NCBI GenBank assembly: GCA_051546255.1
Contig: CP128821.1
Span: 372,001 to 436,000, forward strand
Reading direction: 5' to 3'
From: Meyerozyma guilliermondii
Taxonomy: Eukaryota
DNA length: 64,000 nt
Made by a program: the position numbers and the translations under genes. The notes beneath the pieces are model-generated. The model saw only the letters and a program-made list of their open reading frames with translations, was not told the DNA's origin and made no database searches. This document shows positions 55,254 through 64,000 of the stretch, piece after piece; positions within the stretch are counted from its first letter, which is position 1; each line of letters opens with the position of its first letter.

Positions 55254-55771
55254 AGCAAGATTTTATAGCTTGATGGTTGTGAGTGTGGAAGATAACAACT
55301 CGTAATGGTGCGAAATTAGGAGCCATAGCCGCCGGATGCAGGATATCAGTTTGACAGATAGTTGGTGCTTACACTACCTCATGGCTCTCTGATGGATATG
55401 AAGACGTCATTGTTGCTAACGTCATCATGTTCTTTCATTTGAACTGCTTTAGAGTGCTACTTTCCATTATTTTGCATCCTGCAACACCTAGTCTGTATAG
55501 CTATATGCGCAGTTAGGATAGACTTCCAACCCTACATTCTCAACAGCCCTAAGGCTTTACCCCAGAGTACTGCACAGAGAGAGGATGAGAGTACTAGTAA
55601 GAAGTATAGCAAGAAGGATGATACCGGCAAGTAGGGTTGCGATTGAAGAAGTAGTATCAACGACTCAGACGAAATAGCAAGAAAGAAAAAAAATTGCAAA
55701 AAGATTAGCAAAAAAATAAGTTTTTAAAAAAAGTTGCAAAAGTACATCAATCTCATTCAGTCTAAACTGTT

Positions 55772-56824
55772 TCATTCGATGTCGTTCGAATACATGTACA
55801 AGAGCCTCACCCCAAAAATGACATTGAATATCATACAATAGCATGCTGAAACGGCGAAAACTTCAACATGTTCCACAGTATTCCACTTGAAATACGCAGC
55901 GACGTCAAAGACTATAACGGTGGAGAATACCAAACAAAGCATCTTATAGTCTATGCGCTTGTCGAGTCGACGAGCAGTTCTTTGCGGTTCTTCTTCCTCT
56001 ACTGAGGAAATGTTGCGACAACTCCCTAATATAACCTTTAAATCGGATGAACCATAGTCAAAAGTAGTTTCTTCACTTTCAAGATGAAACAATATTTTAG
56101 TGCGATTGGTGGAAATTTCGCAAGCAATACCTGTGATAGCTGCTTGAAGACTGGTGATTTCTGCTCGGTTCGCAGGTAAATGGCTGGAGATCTCTTTATG
56201 AGAGCCATTCAAGACTGATTCTGGATCCATTTCTGGATCCATTTCATCGCCTAGAGCCTGATATTTAGTTGGAGATTTTCTCTGCTTAAGGACCCGTCCC
56301 CATAGAAATAATGAAAGAGAGGACACTAGCAATGTAGTTGTAAATACCGAACCAATAAGCACTGATAGCAAAATTGTAAGCGACAGACCTAGGGTAAAAG
56401 CCAGCAAAATGAACGATAATGCGGTTACGGTTTGTAAAAGATTCCCATTGCCTTGGGGATTAACAGTGTGGGAGAGTTGTCTAAAACGATGATCCCTCTC
56501 AATTCTTGCCAACAATGGCTGCAATTTCGAGCTAGCAAATGTAAAGACTTTCTTTCGTGGAAGATTCACGACACTATTTTCTGAAGGTTCATCCCTTATA
56601 ATTATCAATATAACCTCAGTATTGGGATATTGGGCAAGTTTATTCACGTATTTGGTGAGATGAAACATTTGCTCGGCGTATAAGGATCTATACACTGTCA
56701 GGGATGAACCCACATTTATATCGTTCAAAGGAAACGATTGATAATCTGGAGATGGGTTGTCATCAATTACTGTTTGTTGTGAGTTTCTGCGCTCAAAGCC
56801 GGGTACCAGATTGTATTCATACAT
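55772..56824 (-). CDS. Uncharacterised 4-TM protein with two degenerate MADS-box-like segments, copy B
   Basis: 350-aa tandem paralog; indels relative to copy A preserve the frame. Confidence 0.8.
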   Translation of the reverse strand: MYEYNLVPGFERRNSQQTVIDDNPSPDYQSFPLNDINVGSSLTVYRSLYAEQMFHLTKYVNKLAQYPNTEVILIIIRDEPSENSVVNLPRKKVFTFASSKLQPLLARIERDHRFRQLSHTVNPQGNGNLLQTVTALSFILLAFTLGLSLTILLSVLIGSVFTTTLLVSSLSLFLWGRVLKQRKSPTKYQALGDEMDPEMDPESVLNGSHKEISSHLPANRAEITSLQAAITGIACEISTNRTKILFHLESEETTFDYGSSDLKVILGSCRNISSVEEEEPQRTARRLDKRIDYKMLCLVFSTVIVFDVAAYFKWNTVEHVEVFAVSACYCMIFNVIFGVRLLYMYSNDIE

Positions 56825-57349
56825 AGCAAGATTTTATAGCAAGATTTTATAGCTTGGTTTCAATGGTTGTGAGTTTGATAAGAACTCGTAATGGTGCGAA
56901 AATTACGAGTTATAGTCTTTCTCACCATTACGAGTTATAGTCCGCCGATGCAGGATATCAGTTTGTCAGGTAGTTGGTATTCACGCTACCTGGCTCGTTC
57001 ACGGATTGAAAACTACATTGTTGCTACCGTGATGTCTCAATTTAAGTTTCGAATGATTGAAGGTAGTTTTTCATGAGTTTGCACCTTGCAACACCTAATT
57101 TGCGTAGCTTTATGTGTACTAGATTGGTGTACTGGTGTGCGCCAAATCATTATTCTCATTAATCTATTAACGTCACCGCCAGTTAAACCTCCACGAAAAT
57201 ATCTAGGCTTGTGTTGGGGCAGGATTTAGTCGATACTTAATACCCATAAGGAAACCCGTATTTGGAATATTACAATACCTTGACTCTGACAAAGAAATAC
57301 TCAAAAACAGATAACGCTTTCTATCATTCCCCTCAAATTATAATTTGCC

Positions 57350-58290
57350 ATGGACTTTGAATCGTCTTCAGCGTCTTGGATATCCTATGCGAAAGAGCCC
57401 ATCTTGAATCTGCAACTCAATTTGGTGAATGGTTGGACATAGTTGAAAAAATCTTACGTTGGAATCCTACTTGATGGCTGTACTACAACGATAAATTGGA
57501 CGAGGATTCAGGGTATTCACACAGTTCAGACAAAGAAGCCTTGAAAACCTCAATGGACATGGTCATTATTTCAGTTGTTCACAGAACGGTTGACTTAAAT
57601 ACTCTTTCCAATCCCCTATTTCTCGATGCGCCGCAAGGAAGAGAACAACTATACGCCGTTCGGGATTACTTTCAAAATTGCGGAGTGCTATCCCAAATGA
57701 GTGCTTATAAGGCTCTCCACGAGTTTATTAACAATCCGAACAACAGCCCCATCAAGAAGTACAACAAAATTAGTACGTTCCCATTTATGAATCTTGACGA
57801 CAAAGGCAGAATCGTACTTTTGTTACAGGCTCTTGAGGCATATCCCTTATTCCAGGACCGAGTTGGTCACTTAGACCGAACGACGGAACTCAAGTACGCT
57901 GATTTAAGCGAGAAGGTTGATTGTTTATCATGGTCTCCACCAGCGATTTCGACAGAGACTGGAAACTTACAACCCAAACGCATCAAAAGGAGAAGGGAAC
58001 GTCCATATTGTCATTTCTGTCATAAAATCGGCCACGACGATGAACGTTGTTACAAGAAAAACAAACGATTACGCACCGACCACCAGGCAAAAAGTGCCGT
58101 GAAAGACCTGAGCGAGCTGGAATATACTCTTGAGTCTGGTCACAGCAACCAATATCCTGAAAGTCAAGCTATTGATGCTAACGAGGCGGAAGCCGAAGCA
58201 ACTTCAGGAAAGATACTTTTCAAAGCGGGCGCAAAACGATTTCTAGTCGAGGGACCCATTTCGTTTCTCGATCCCCGGCTCATGAACTAA
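57350..58290 (+). pseudogene. Disrupted gag-like ORF with CCHC zinc knuckle (probable LTR-retrotransposon remnant)
   Basis: ATG at 57350, apparent 1-nt frameshift near 57360, in-frame TGA at 57472-57474, then open to 58290 with CHFCHKIGHDDERC (CX2CX4HX4C). No pol or LTR seen. Confidence 0.6.
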
Positions 58291-58603
58291 CGGAACATCA
58301 GGTGAGACACTAATTCTGTAGCTGACTTGGGATGAGAAATGGAAGAGAATTTAATTTCAATGTGATGAACTTCTGCCTACGAAACGCATCTACTGTTAAC
58401 AGAAATGAGACAAAAAACGATAAGGAAAAGTCTATGAGCTTTGACTACCCGAAACATTCACTTGAGAACATTATCACTTTAATTCGTCATTTGTTAAGAT
58501 AAACTTACGATCTCAACGCCTGAAACAAAACCTCCACTCCTTGACATTCATTTGCTACATGAACATCACTAATACAAACAATTGAAATGGACTGTGTGCT
58601 TTT

Positions 58604-61135
58604 CTACTTGCTAACGCTGATTCCCCTTCCGATCTCCTTTTTTGGCCGACGTTCTCTCTGTGGAGCATCCTCGTCGTCGCTCAATAACTTATCTCTAATT
58701 CTCTCGGAAAGTGACAACTTATGCTCAAGATCCTTGCTGGTATGACCCGCCAATGCTGCGAGATTTGTGCCTGAATGGTGCCTTGAAGTAAGATTTGAGC
58801 TACTGTTGAGATGCGATTCGTCTCTCGTAATTTCATTGGAACGTAGATCAATCTGTCCAAAATCAAAGTAGCCGTAACCTCCAAGAACATCGAAATCAGG
58901 TCCATCCAAAGAATCTGAGCGGGAACTACGTCCTTCGGAGTCTGAAGAAGCCAATTGCGGAACATCATCTGAGGAGAAATAGTCCAGCATTTTTGGAGTT
59001 GACAGACCCGGAGTCTGAGCGAGCGTCAATGTGACTGGGTGCCTTTTCAGTGGAGAATTTGCAACTTCCAGAAGTTCTTTTTGAACTCTCAACTTTTGAA
59101 GCTCACTCTTACGAGGCTCTGAGTCGGCGACTTGTAGCAAAAAGTTGGAATCTTGTCTTATAGAGCGCTTAATTTCGTTGACCACCAGCTTAAATGTATC
59201 CAAAAGACGGTTTGTCTGGCGGTGTTTTGAGCTAGCAGTAATGCAAACCTTGTCACGATGTATAATGTATCCTATTCCAAAACCCTGATCGTGAGCTGGA
59301 GGAATGCCAAAGAACCGCAAAGCGGCATTTCCACAGTTCGAAACCAAAAGTTCTGGAGAGGAAATTTTTTCAATGCTGGGATTCGAAAGAAATGGTATAT
59401 GGAGATGTGGAATCATTGCAAGTTCAGGAATGGGCTCGAGACCTGCTACGTCCTTGTTGACTTCATTGAGATAGTCAACTGCTCTGGGTCTTTTAATCAC
59501 ATGAACCAAAGCCCACAAGTGCCTTTCGAATCCTTTGCCTATCATGGCATTGCGGTACCTTTCGTTATGGCTTGACACCGCTCTACGGAAGGCACGAAGC
59601 TTTTCCAGAGGTGTAGAATTGGAAATGAAAAGCTTTACGAGCCGAGAGATTTCTTCGTCTTGAACGGGAATCAATTCTGTGCGAGCATCTCGGAACTTTC
59701 TCGTGGTGATGGGCTCCAAAGTGTTGGCTATTCTGCCGTAGAGGGTGTAGTTTGCAATCTGTAAGCCCACCTGGAGAAACGAGTCAACGGAATACCCGCT
59801 TTTGGAGATGTAATGGGTGTCCAACTTGAGGTCCATGGTGATGTAGTCGTGCTGGTTGATGAGGTCTGCCAACCGAGTTTCGGAAAGATGGATGAGATTT
59901 TGTAGTTCTGGAGTGCGGTTCAAGATCAAACGAACAGAAACAGGTTTCTCGGCGTCTTCTCTTGGCGAAACAAATTCCACATGCTCGTCAAACAAAGTGT
60001 ACTCAGAACCGTTAATATTTCTGGCCAACTTCAAAATCGAATCGGTATAGATATCACTGATGAACCGGAGAATGGCAGTGCTATCCATAGAGGTGGACTC
60101 CCATACAACTCCAGCCACGGAATTTTTCGTGACAATTAACTGTAGTTTGTCGTACCACCGCGAAGTACATGAACCACATTGAATACTTGTTCCTGGCTGA
60201 AGCTCTGAGGTTCCGTAGGAAATGACCTTGGTTTTATCCTGGTCGGACTCTGGAGAGTTGAGCACGTCCAAAACTACCACAAACAAGGCGTTGTCTATGG
60301 TTTCCAAAAACTTTGCATTGGATTTTTCAAGCTCCAACCGGCCCTGTTTCCACACATGATAAGTCTGGGTGGTTAGCGAGCCGATGGAATTGTTCACGGA
60401 GTCCAACGTGCTGAACTCACTAGACTCGTCAATGATATCCTGAAGAATGAGCGAAAGGTCGTGGTCGCCGAACCAAATCCGGTGCTTTGTCTTTGTTTTT
60501 TCATACGCTTCTTCAGTATATTCGGTCAATACCTCCAACTTGTAGTATTGGTTGTTGCAAATCACAAGGATGTGACGAGAGTCGTTGATATTTTTGTACT
60601 TTTTGAGGATAATATGGTGGGGATTATCATGAATATCTGGTGCTCTTGTAGTTCCAAAGAGGTTACGGTAGCAATTCATAGTCAATGGATTACCGTTTTT
60701 GGGCGTAACATCCGGCTTTAGTGTTTCGTTTCTGAGCGAAACAACAAATTTAAGCGACGAATTGATCAAGTTTGCTGCTCGTTGTGCCTGGGTGGGTGGG
60801 TTCAATGTCTTTGAATATGGATCTTGTTCCAAAATCAAATATGGATTTCGAGGCAAAATGTCTCCTCGAAGCTCGCCGTAGATTCCTGGGTTCGTCTCAT
60901 CGTTGATGGAGTTTAAATAGCATGTAAAATTGGGATTGGCAGCAACTGCTTCCAAGTGTTTTTGGATAAGATTGATGATTTTGTGTTGCTTGAACAGATG
61001 AGCTTCGGCTACAATTTCGTCATATTCTTCGGTTGAAACCAATGGTTTGAGTGCAGAAAGGAGCTGGGTGGTGGTGCTCTCGATCAGCGGCACAGGAAGC
61101 CGAGGAATGTTCGGTTCGTTCAGAAAAGTTGTCAT
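58604..61135 (-). CDS. Carnitine O-acetyltransferase (Yat2/Ctn3-like)
   Basis: IPRLPVP, LFGTTR, SRWYDKLQ, TRKFRDARTE, GKGFERHL, GFGIGYIIH. Confidence 0.9.
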   Translation of the reverse strand: MTTFLNEPNIPRLPVPLIESTTTQLLSALKPLVSTEEYDEIVAEAHLFKQHKIINLIQKHLEAVAANPNFTCYLNSINDETNPGIYGELRGDILPRNPYLILEQDPYSKTLNPPTQAQRAANLINSSLKFVVSLRNETLKPDVTPKNGNPLTMNCYRNLFGTTRAPDIHDNPHHIILKKYKNINDSRHILVICNNQYYKLEVLTEYTEEAYEKTKTKHRIWFGDHDLSLILQDIIDESSEFSTLDSVNNSIGSLTTQTYHVWKQGRLELEKSNAKFLETIDNALFVVVLDVLNSPESDQDKTKVISYGTSELQPGTSIQCGSCTSRWYDKLQLIVTKNSVAGVVWESTSMDSTAILRFISDIYTDSILKLARNINGSEYTLFDEHVEFVSPREDAEKPVSVRLILNRTPELQNLIHLSETRLADLINQHDYITMDLKLDTHYISKSGYSVDSFLQVGLQIANYTLYGRIANTLEPITTRKFRDARTELIPVQDEEISRLVKLFISNSTPLEKLRAFRRAVSSHNERYRNAMIGKGFERHLWALVHVIKRPRAVDYLNEVNKDVAGLEPIPELAMIPHLHIPFLSNPSIEKISSPELLVSNCGNAALRFFGIPPAHDQGFGIGYIIHRDKVCITASSKHRQTNRLLDTFKLVVNEIKRSIRQDSNFLLQVADSEPRKSELQKLRVQKELLEVANSPLKRHPVTLTLAQTPGLSTPKMLDYFSSDDVPQLASSDSEGRSSRSDSLDGPDFDVLGGYGYFDFGQIDLRSNEITRDESHLNSSSNLTSRHHSGTNLAALAGHTSKDLEHKLSLSERIRDKLLSDDEDAPQRERRPKKEIGRGISVSK

Positions 61136-61452
61136 GAAGATTGGTGCGAAATCCGGGGTTTTATATGGGGGTTGGGTGTGGGGAAGCTCGCTAACTCCGA
61201 GCCAAGAGCCACGAGCCTACGAAGTAGGCGAGGAAGAGCAATTGAATAGTCACGAATTAGATGGATAATGTGATAGAGTAGTGGAAAATATGAGTAGTAA
61301 AAGTTTAGAATGATTTAGTGAAGAATTAAATAATGATGAGAATAGAATAGTGAATAATGATAGAATAGAATGATGGTGAATAACTCTGGTAATGGTGATT
61401 GAAGATAGTATTGAAGATAGTACTGAAGATAGTATCTGCTAGACAGTAATTC

Positions 61453-62580
61453 TTATTTGCTGTCGACGAGCTTGCGGGTCAATGTGGACTCGTAACTCTG
61501 TTCGGGCGTGAGGATCTGGGTCTGCGATGGGTAGATTGTCGTTTTTGAATACTCAGAATCCACATTGTCTTCTCCATCAACAGCTGAAGATGTGGTGGAT
61601 GGTTCGGAACCCGGCGTCAGCATTGGAAGGTGATGGGATGTAGCGTCCAGAATTGCCTGTGTAGCATCGGTATAAAGTCCCAACGACCGGGCTTCATCCA
61701 TAAACGGCTTGATACACAACCAGCCTGTTTCGGTACGAAAGTGTCTTGTAAGAGCATCGGAACGAGCAAACAGTCGGCCACAACCCCATTTGGTAACTCC
61801 ATCTTTAAGGTACCCTTCACATTTGAAATTCTTCTTTCCCTCATGCAACAATTGATGCCGACGCATATCGTGGCTCCGAGCAAACGTCTTACCGCATACC
61901 AGGCACGCATAGGGTTTTTCTCTCAGATGCGTACGCATGTGTGATTTAAGATTGTACAGTTTCTGAAACACTTTTCCACATTGTGCACATGGGTACATGA
62001 CTTCCAGTGGAGCCGAAGGAGGAGTAGATCGGCGGCGACGACGAGAAACTGTGGAGTTTGTGAATGAGACTAATTGCGAGTAGTCAATTTGCCGTTTAGA
62101 TTCGGCAGCAGGAGGAGCATACGACTCTGTCAGGTAATTACCGTACCCCATGGTGTAAGGATTGTTGGGGTTGGTTAGAGAGTATGGCTTGGATTGCGAG
62201 GGCAGCATGTGTTGGTAGTAGTAGTAATCCATGGGCACATGTTGTGGGTATTGGAGAATTTGGTGGGAAGGGTGAGATTGGTGATGACTCTGATGGGCAT
62301 GAGATTGGTGACTTTGGTGAAGATGGGGTGCTTGTTGGTTTTGGTTTGATTGGTTTTGGTTTAGTTGGTTTTGATTTGTTTGGTTTTGACTTGGTTGGTT
62401 TAGTTGATTTTGACTTTGCTGGCTCAAGTTGATCGACGGAAGCTGGTGTTTGTCGCCATAATGAAACATCGGTTGGGTATATTCAGGATACTGAAGAAAC
62501 AGTTGTTGGGACTGTTGTGATGAAAGATGATAGTAAGGCGAAGGAAACGACATTGTAGGCGTGATGGTAGCAGCCACCAT
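61453..62580 (-). CDS. CRZ2: C2H2 zinc-finger transcription factor, Crz1/Crz2 family
   Basis: Two canonical fingers plus [39 protein letters not shown]-rich N-terminus. Confidence 0.8.
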   Translation of the reverse strand: MVAATITPTMSFPSPYYHLSSQQSQQLFLQYPEYTQPMFHYGDKHQLPSINLSQQSQNQLNQPSQNQTNQNQLNQNQSNQNQQAPHLHQSHQSHAHQSHHQSHPSHQILQYPQHVPMDYYYYQHMLPSQSKPYSLTNPNNPYTMGYGNYLTESYAPPAAESKRQIDYSQLVSFTNSTVSRRRRRSTPPSAPLEVMYPCAQCGKVFQKLYNLKSHMRTHLREKPYACLVCGKTFARSHDMRRHQLLHEGKKNFKCEGYLKDGVTKWGCGRLFARSDALTRHFRTETGWLCIKPFMDEARSLGLYTDATQAILDATSHHLPMLTPGSEPSTTSSAVDGEDNVDSEYSKTTIYPSQTQILTPEQSYESTLTRKLVDSK

Positions 62581-63490
62581 GGAGAAACTGGAAAAGGAAA
62601 GATGTAACGGATACGGACCCTGTCAATAGTTTACAGAGTCTTGGCAACGGGGCGTTATGAGGCACTTATATAGAGTTTTCAGGGTGGTGCAGGAAGCGTA
62701 AAAAATATTAAGCACGGGGCATAAACCGCGCAGCAGTTGTTAGTACAACTTGATTTAAAAATACCTTGGGCTGTGGAGCCGACGTTCCGAGTAAGAAATT
62801 TTGTGGGTAATATGCATGAAGCCGTATCTTTGGTAGTGGGTGCATGTTAGGCTGTGCGGCTCAATGCAATGCATGGGTGAGTATTTTTAATTTTTTATGC
62901 GTTTTACCCGGGATACCTTCAATTGTTGAGAACGATTTTTTTCTTTGATTGGAGGCGGGTATGCGGGAACTGTGGTAAATGTCTGCGTGCGGTGTTATTG
63001 CTTTTGGTTTTTCCAATTTTTTCTGGGGCAGGACGTGCACTGCCCGAGGTTTTACAGGTGAATCAATTGCAGATTGAGGCATTTTTTTTTGCGCCTCGCC
63101 CCTTTATCCCACCTCGTTGCGCGTCATGAAATGGACGATAAAATGTCAGTTTAATATGGGACGAGTTCGAGCTGTTATGAGTACTTATATCGTGATTTGC
63201 AGCCATTTTTAATCGAAGACTGCATCAACCTTCAATCGAAGCTTCATCGCAGCAGTTTTTTCTTGGCACTGGCGCGCCACCATTTGGTTACGAGGCTGGA
63301 TAATCGGATATGCATATGCCACCCCGCTCGCGCAGACTAGATGCAGTACGGGTCGATGCAAGTCTACGCGCAAACTGCATGGATTCTGCAGGATGATGAC
63401 TGAATCATTCGTGACATCTATCGTTGCATCGGGCCGAGGTAGCTTCACAAGGTCTTGTGATACATTTATTGCCGTTTCCATATTTAGTTT

Positions 63491-63593
63491 TCGGTTGTGA
63501 TCCGATTTTGTATGGTTAGTTTTCGGTTAGGTTCCGACTTTTCATTGGTTTGTTCTCGGTTATGTTCCGGTTGTTCATCTCGGTTACGCTCCG
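63491..63593. promoter_or_regulatory. Array of four TCGG-N7-CCG elements
   Basis: TCGGTTGTGATCCG (63491), TCGGTTAGGTTCCG (63523), TCGGTTATGTTCCG (63556), TCGGTTACGCTCCG (63580). Confidence 0.6.
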
Positions 63594-63703
63594 GTTCGTA
63601 ACGACATGGTCCAATGTCCTATGATGTAATTGATTGTCGTATGTTTCTGATGTTTCTTGATTTGTCCTATGATTTATTGTCGTATGTTTTTTATGTAATC
63701 CTG

Positions 63704-64000
63704 CTAGTATTCTTGCACATTATTATTCGTATCAGTCACCTTACACTTTTCAATCTCAACCACGACCAATGCATTATCGCAATCGATATAAGTCTTGGCT
63801 TGGTCCTGGTCAATCTGATTGTTGTTAGAATGTAATGACCGATAGAACCCATAATTAGGATCATCGGTGGCAAGTATTTGTGCTTTTCCATCAAGCATCA
63901 CCGAAACGCTGCTGATTTCGTTTTTGTTAATATTGGCCAAAAGTTCATAGAGTGAGTTGCGGCGGCCCTCTCTGGGTTCTGTAGGAGCTTGCAGACTCTT
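63704..64000 (-). CDS. C-terminus of a pyridoxamine 5'-phosphate oxidase-like protein (YLR456W/YPR172W-like); starts beyond the right edge
   Basis: Frame open to 64000: SLYELLANINKNEISSVSVMLDGKAQIL...FYRSLH...VVVEIEKCKVTD...QEY*. Confidence 0.65.
   Translation of the reverse strand, partial: KSLQAPTEPREGRRNSLYELLANINKNEISSVSVMLDGKAQILATDDPNYGFYRSLHSNNNQIDQDQAKTYIDCDNALVVVEIEKCKVTDTNNNVQEY

Larger units (their letters stand above)
53991..57110. repeat. Tandem duplication of about 1.56 kb (about 53991-55510 and 55555-57110)
   Basis: Shared CTTTACCCCAG.GTACTGCACAGAGAG start, AGCAAGAAGGATGATACCGGCAAGTAGGG, GATGCAGGATATCAGTTTG and TGCAACACCTA flanks. Confidence 0.92.

Noticed and set aside
57110..58600. 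Full LTR retrotransposon around the gag-like ORF
   Set aside because: No paired direct repeats, primer-binding site or pol; the tRNA gene is about 5 kb away.
63209..63481. 90-aa minus-strand ORF upstream of CRZ2
   Set aside because: No recognisable motif; not annotated as a CDS without expression or conservation data.

Overview
Gene-dense, nearly intron-free budding-yeast chromosome segment. CTG codons fall at conserved Ser positions (RPB3, TUB4, BRN1, YME1), so this is a CUG-Ser (CTG-clade) yeast and the supplied ORF track mistranslates CTG as Leu. Core genes include TSC2-like (partial), an amino-acid permease, Vps62-like, CBR1, TPA1, HOM3, GVP36, ARO9, TUB4 (50-nt intron), FMP27/Hobbit, MDR1/GYP2, RPB3, HIS6, FAF1, BRN1, YME1, PHO4, tRNA-Ala(UGC), IBA57, a carnitine acetyltransferase, CRZ2-like and a partial PNPOx-like gene. 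Two accessory-looking islands interrupt them. (1) About 15-28 kb: a tandem SDR pair, a compact six-gene sugar/polyol cluster (Gal4/Lac9-type regulator, two SDR reductases, Yfh7-like P-loop kinase, Zn polyol dehydrogenase, LAC12/CDT-like transporter) with Mig1-type sites and shared CGG motifs, and an OP4-like Kex2-processed secreted protein. (2) About 54-58.3 kb: a tandem pair of 4-TM proteins that each appear to carry two degenerate SRF/Mcm1-type MADS-like domains, next to a broken gag-like ORF. These two islands are the best candidates for undescribed biology. All family assignments come from motif recognition by eye; no database search was run.
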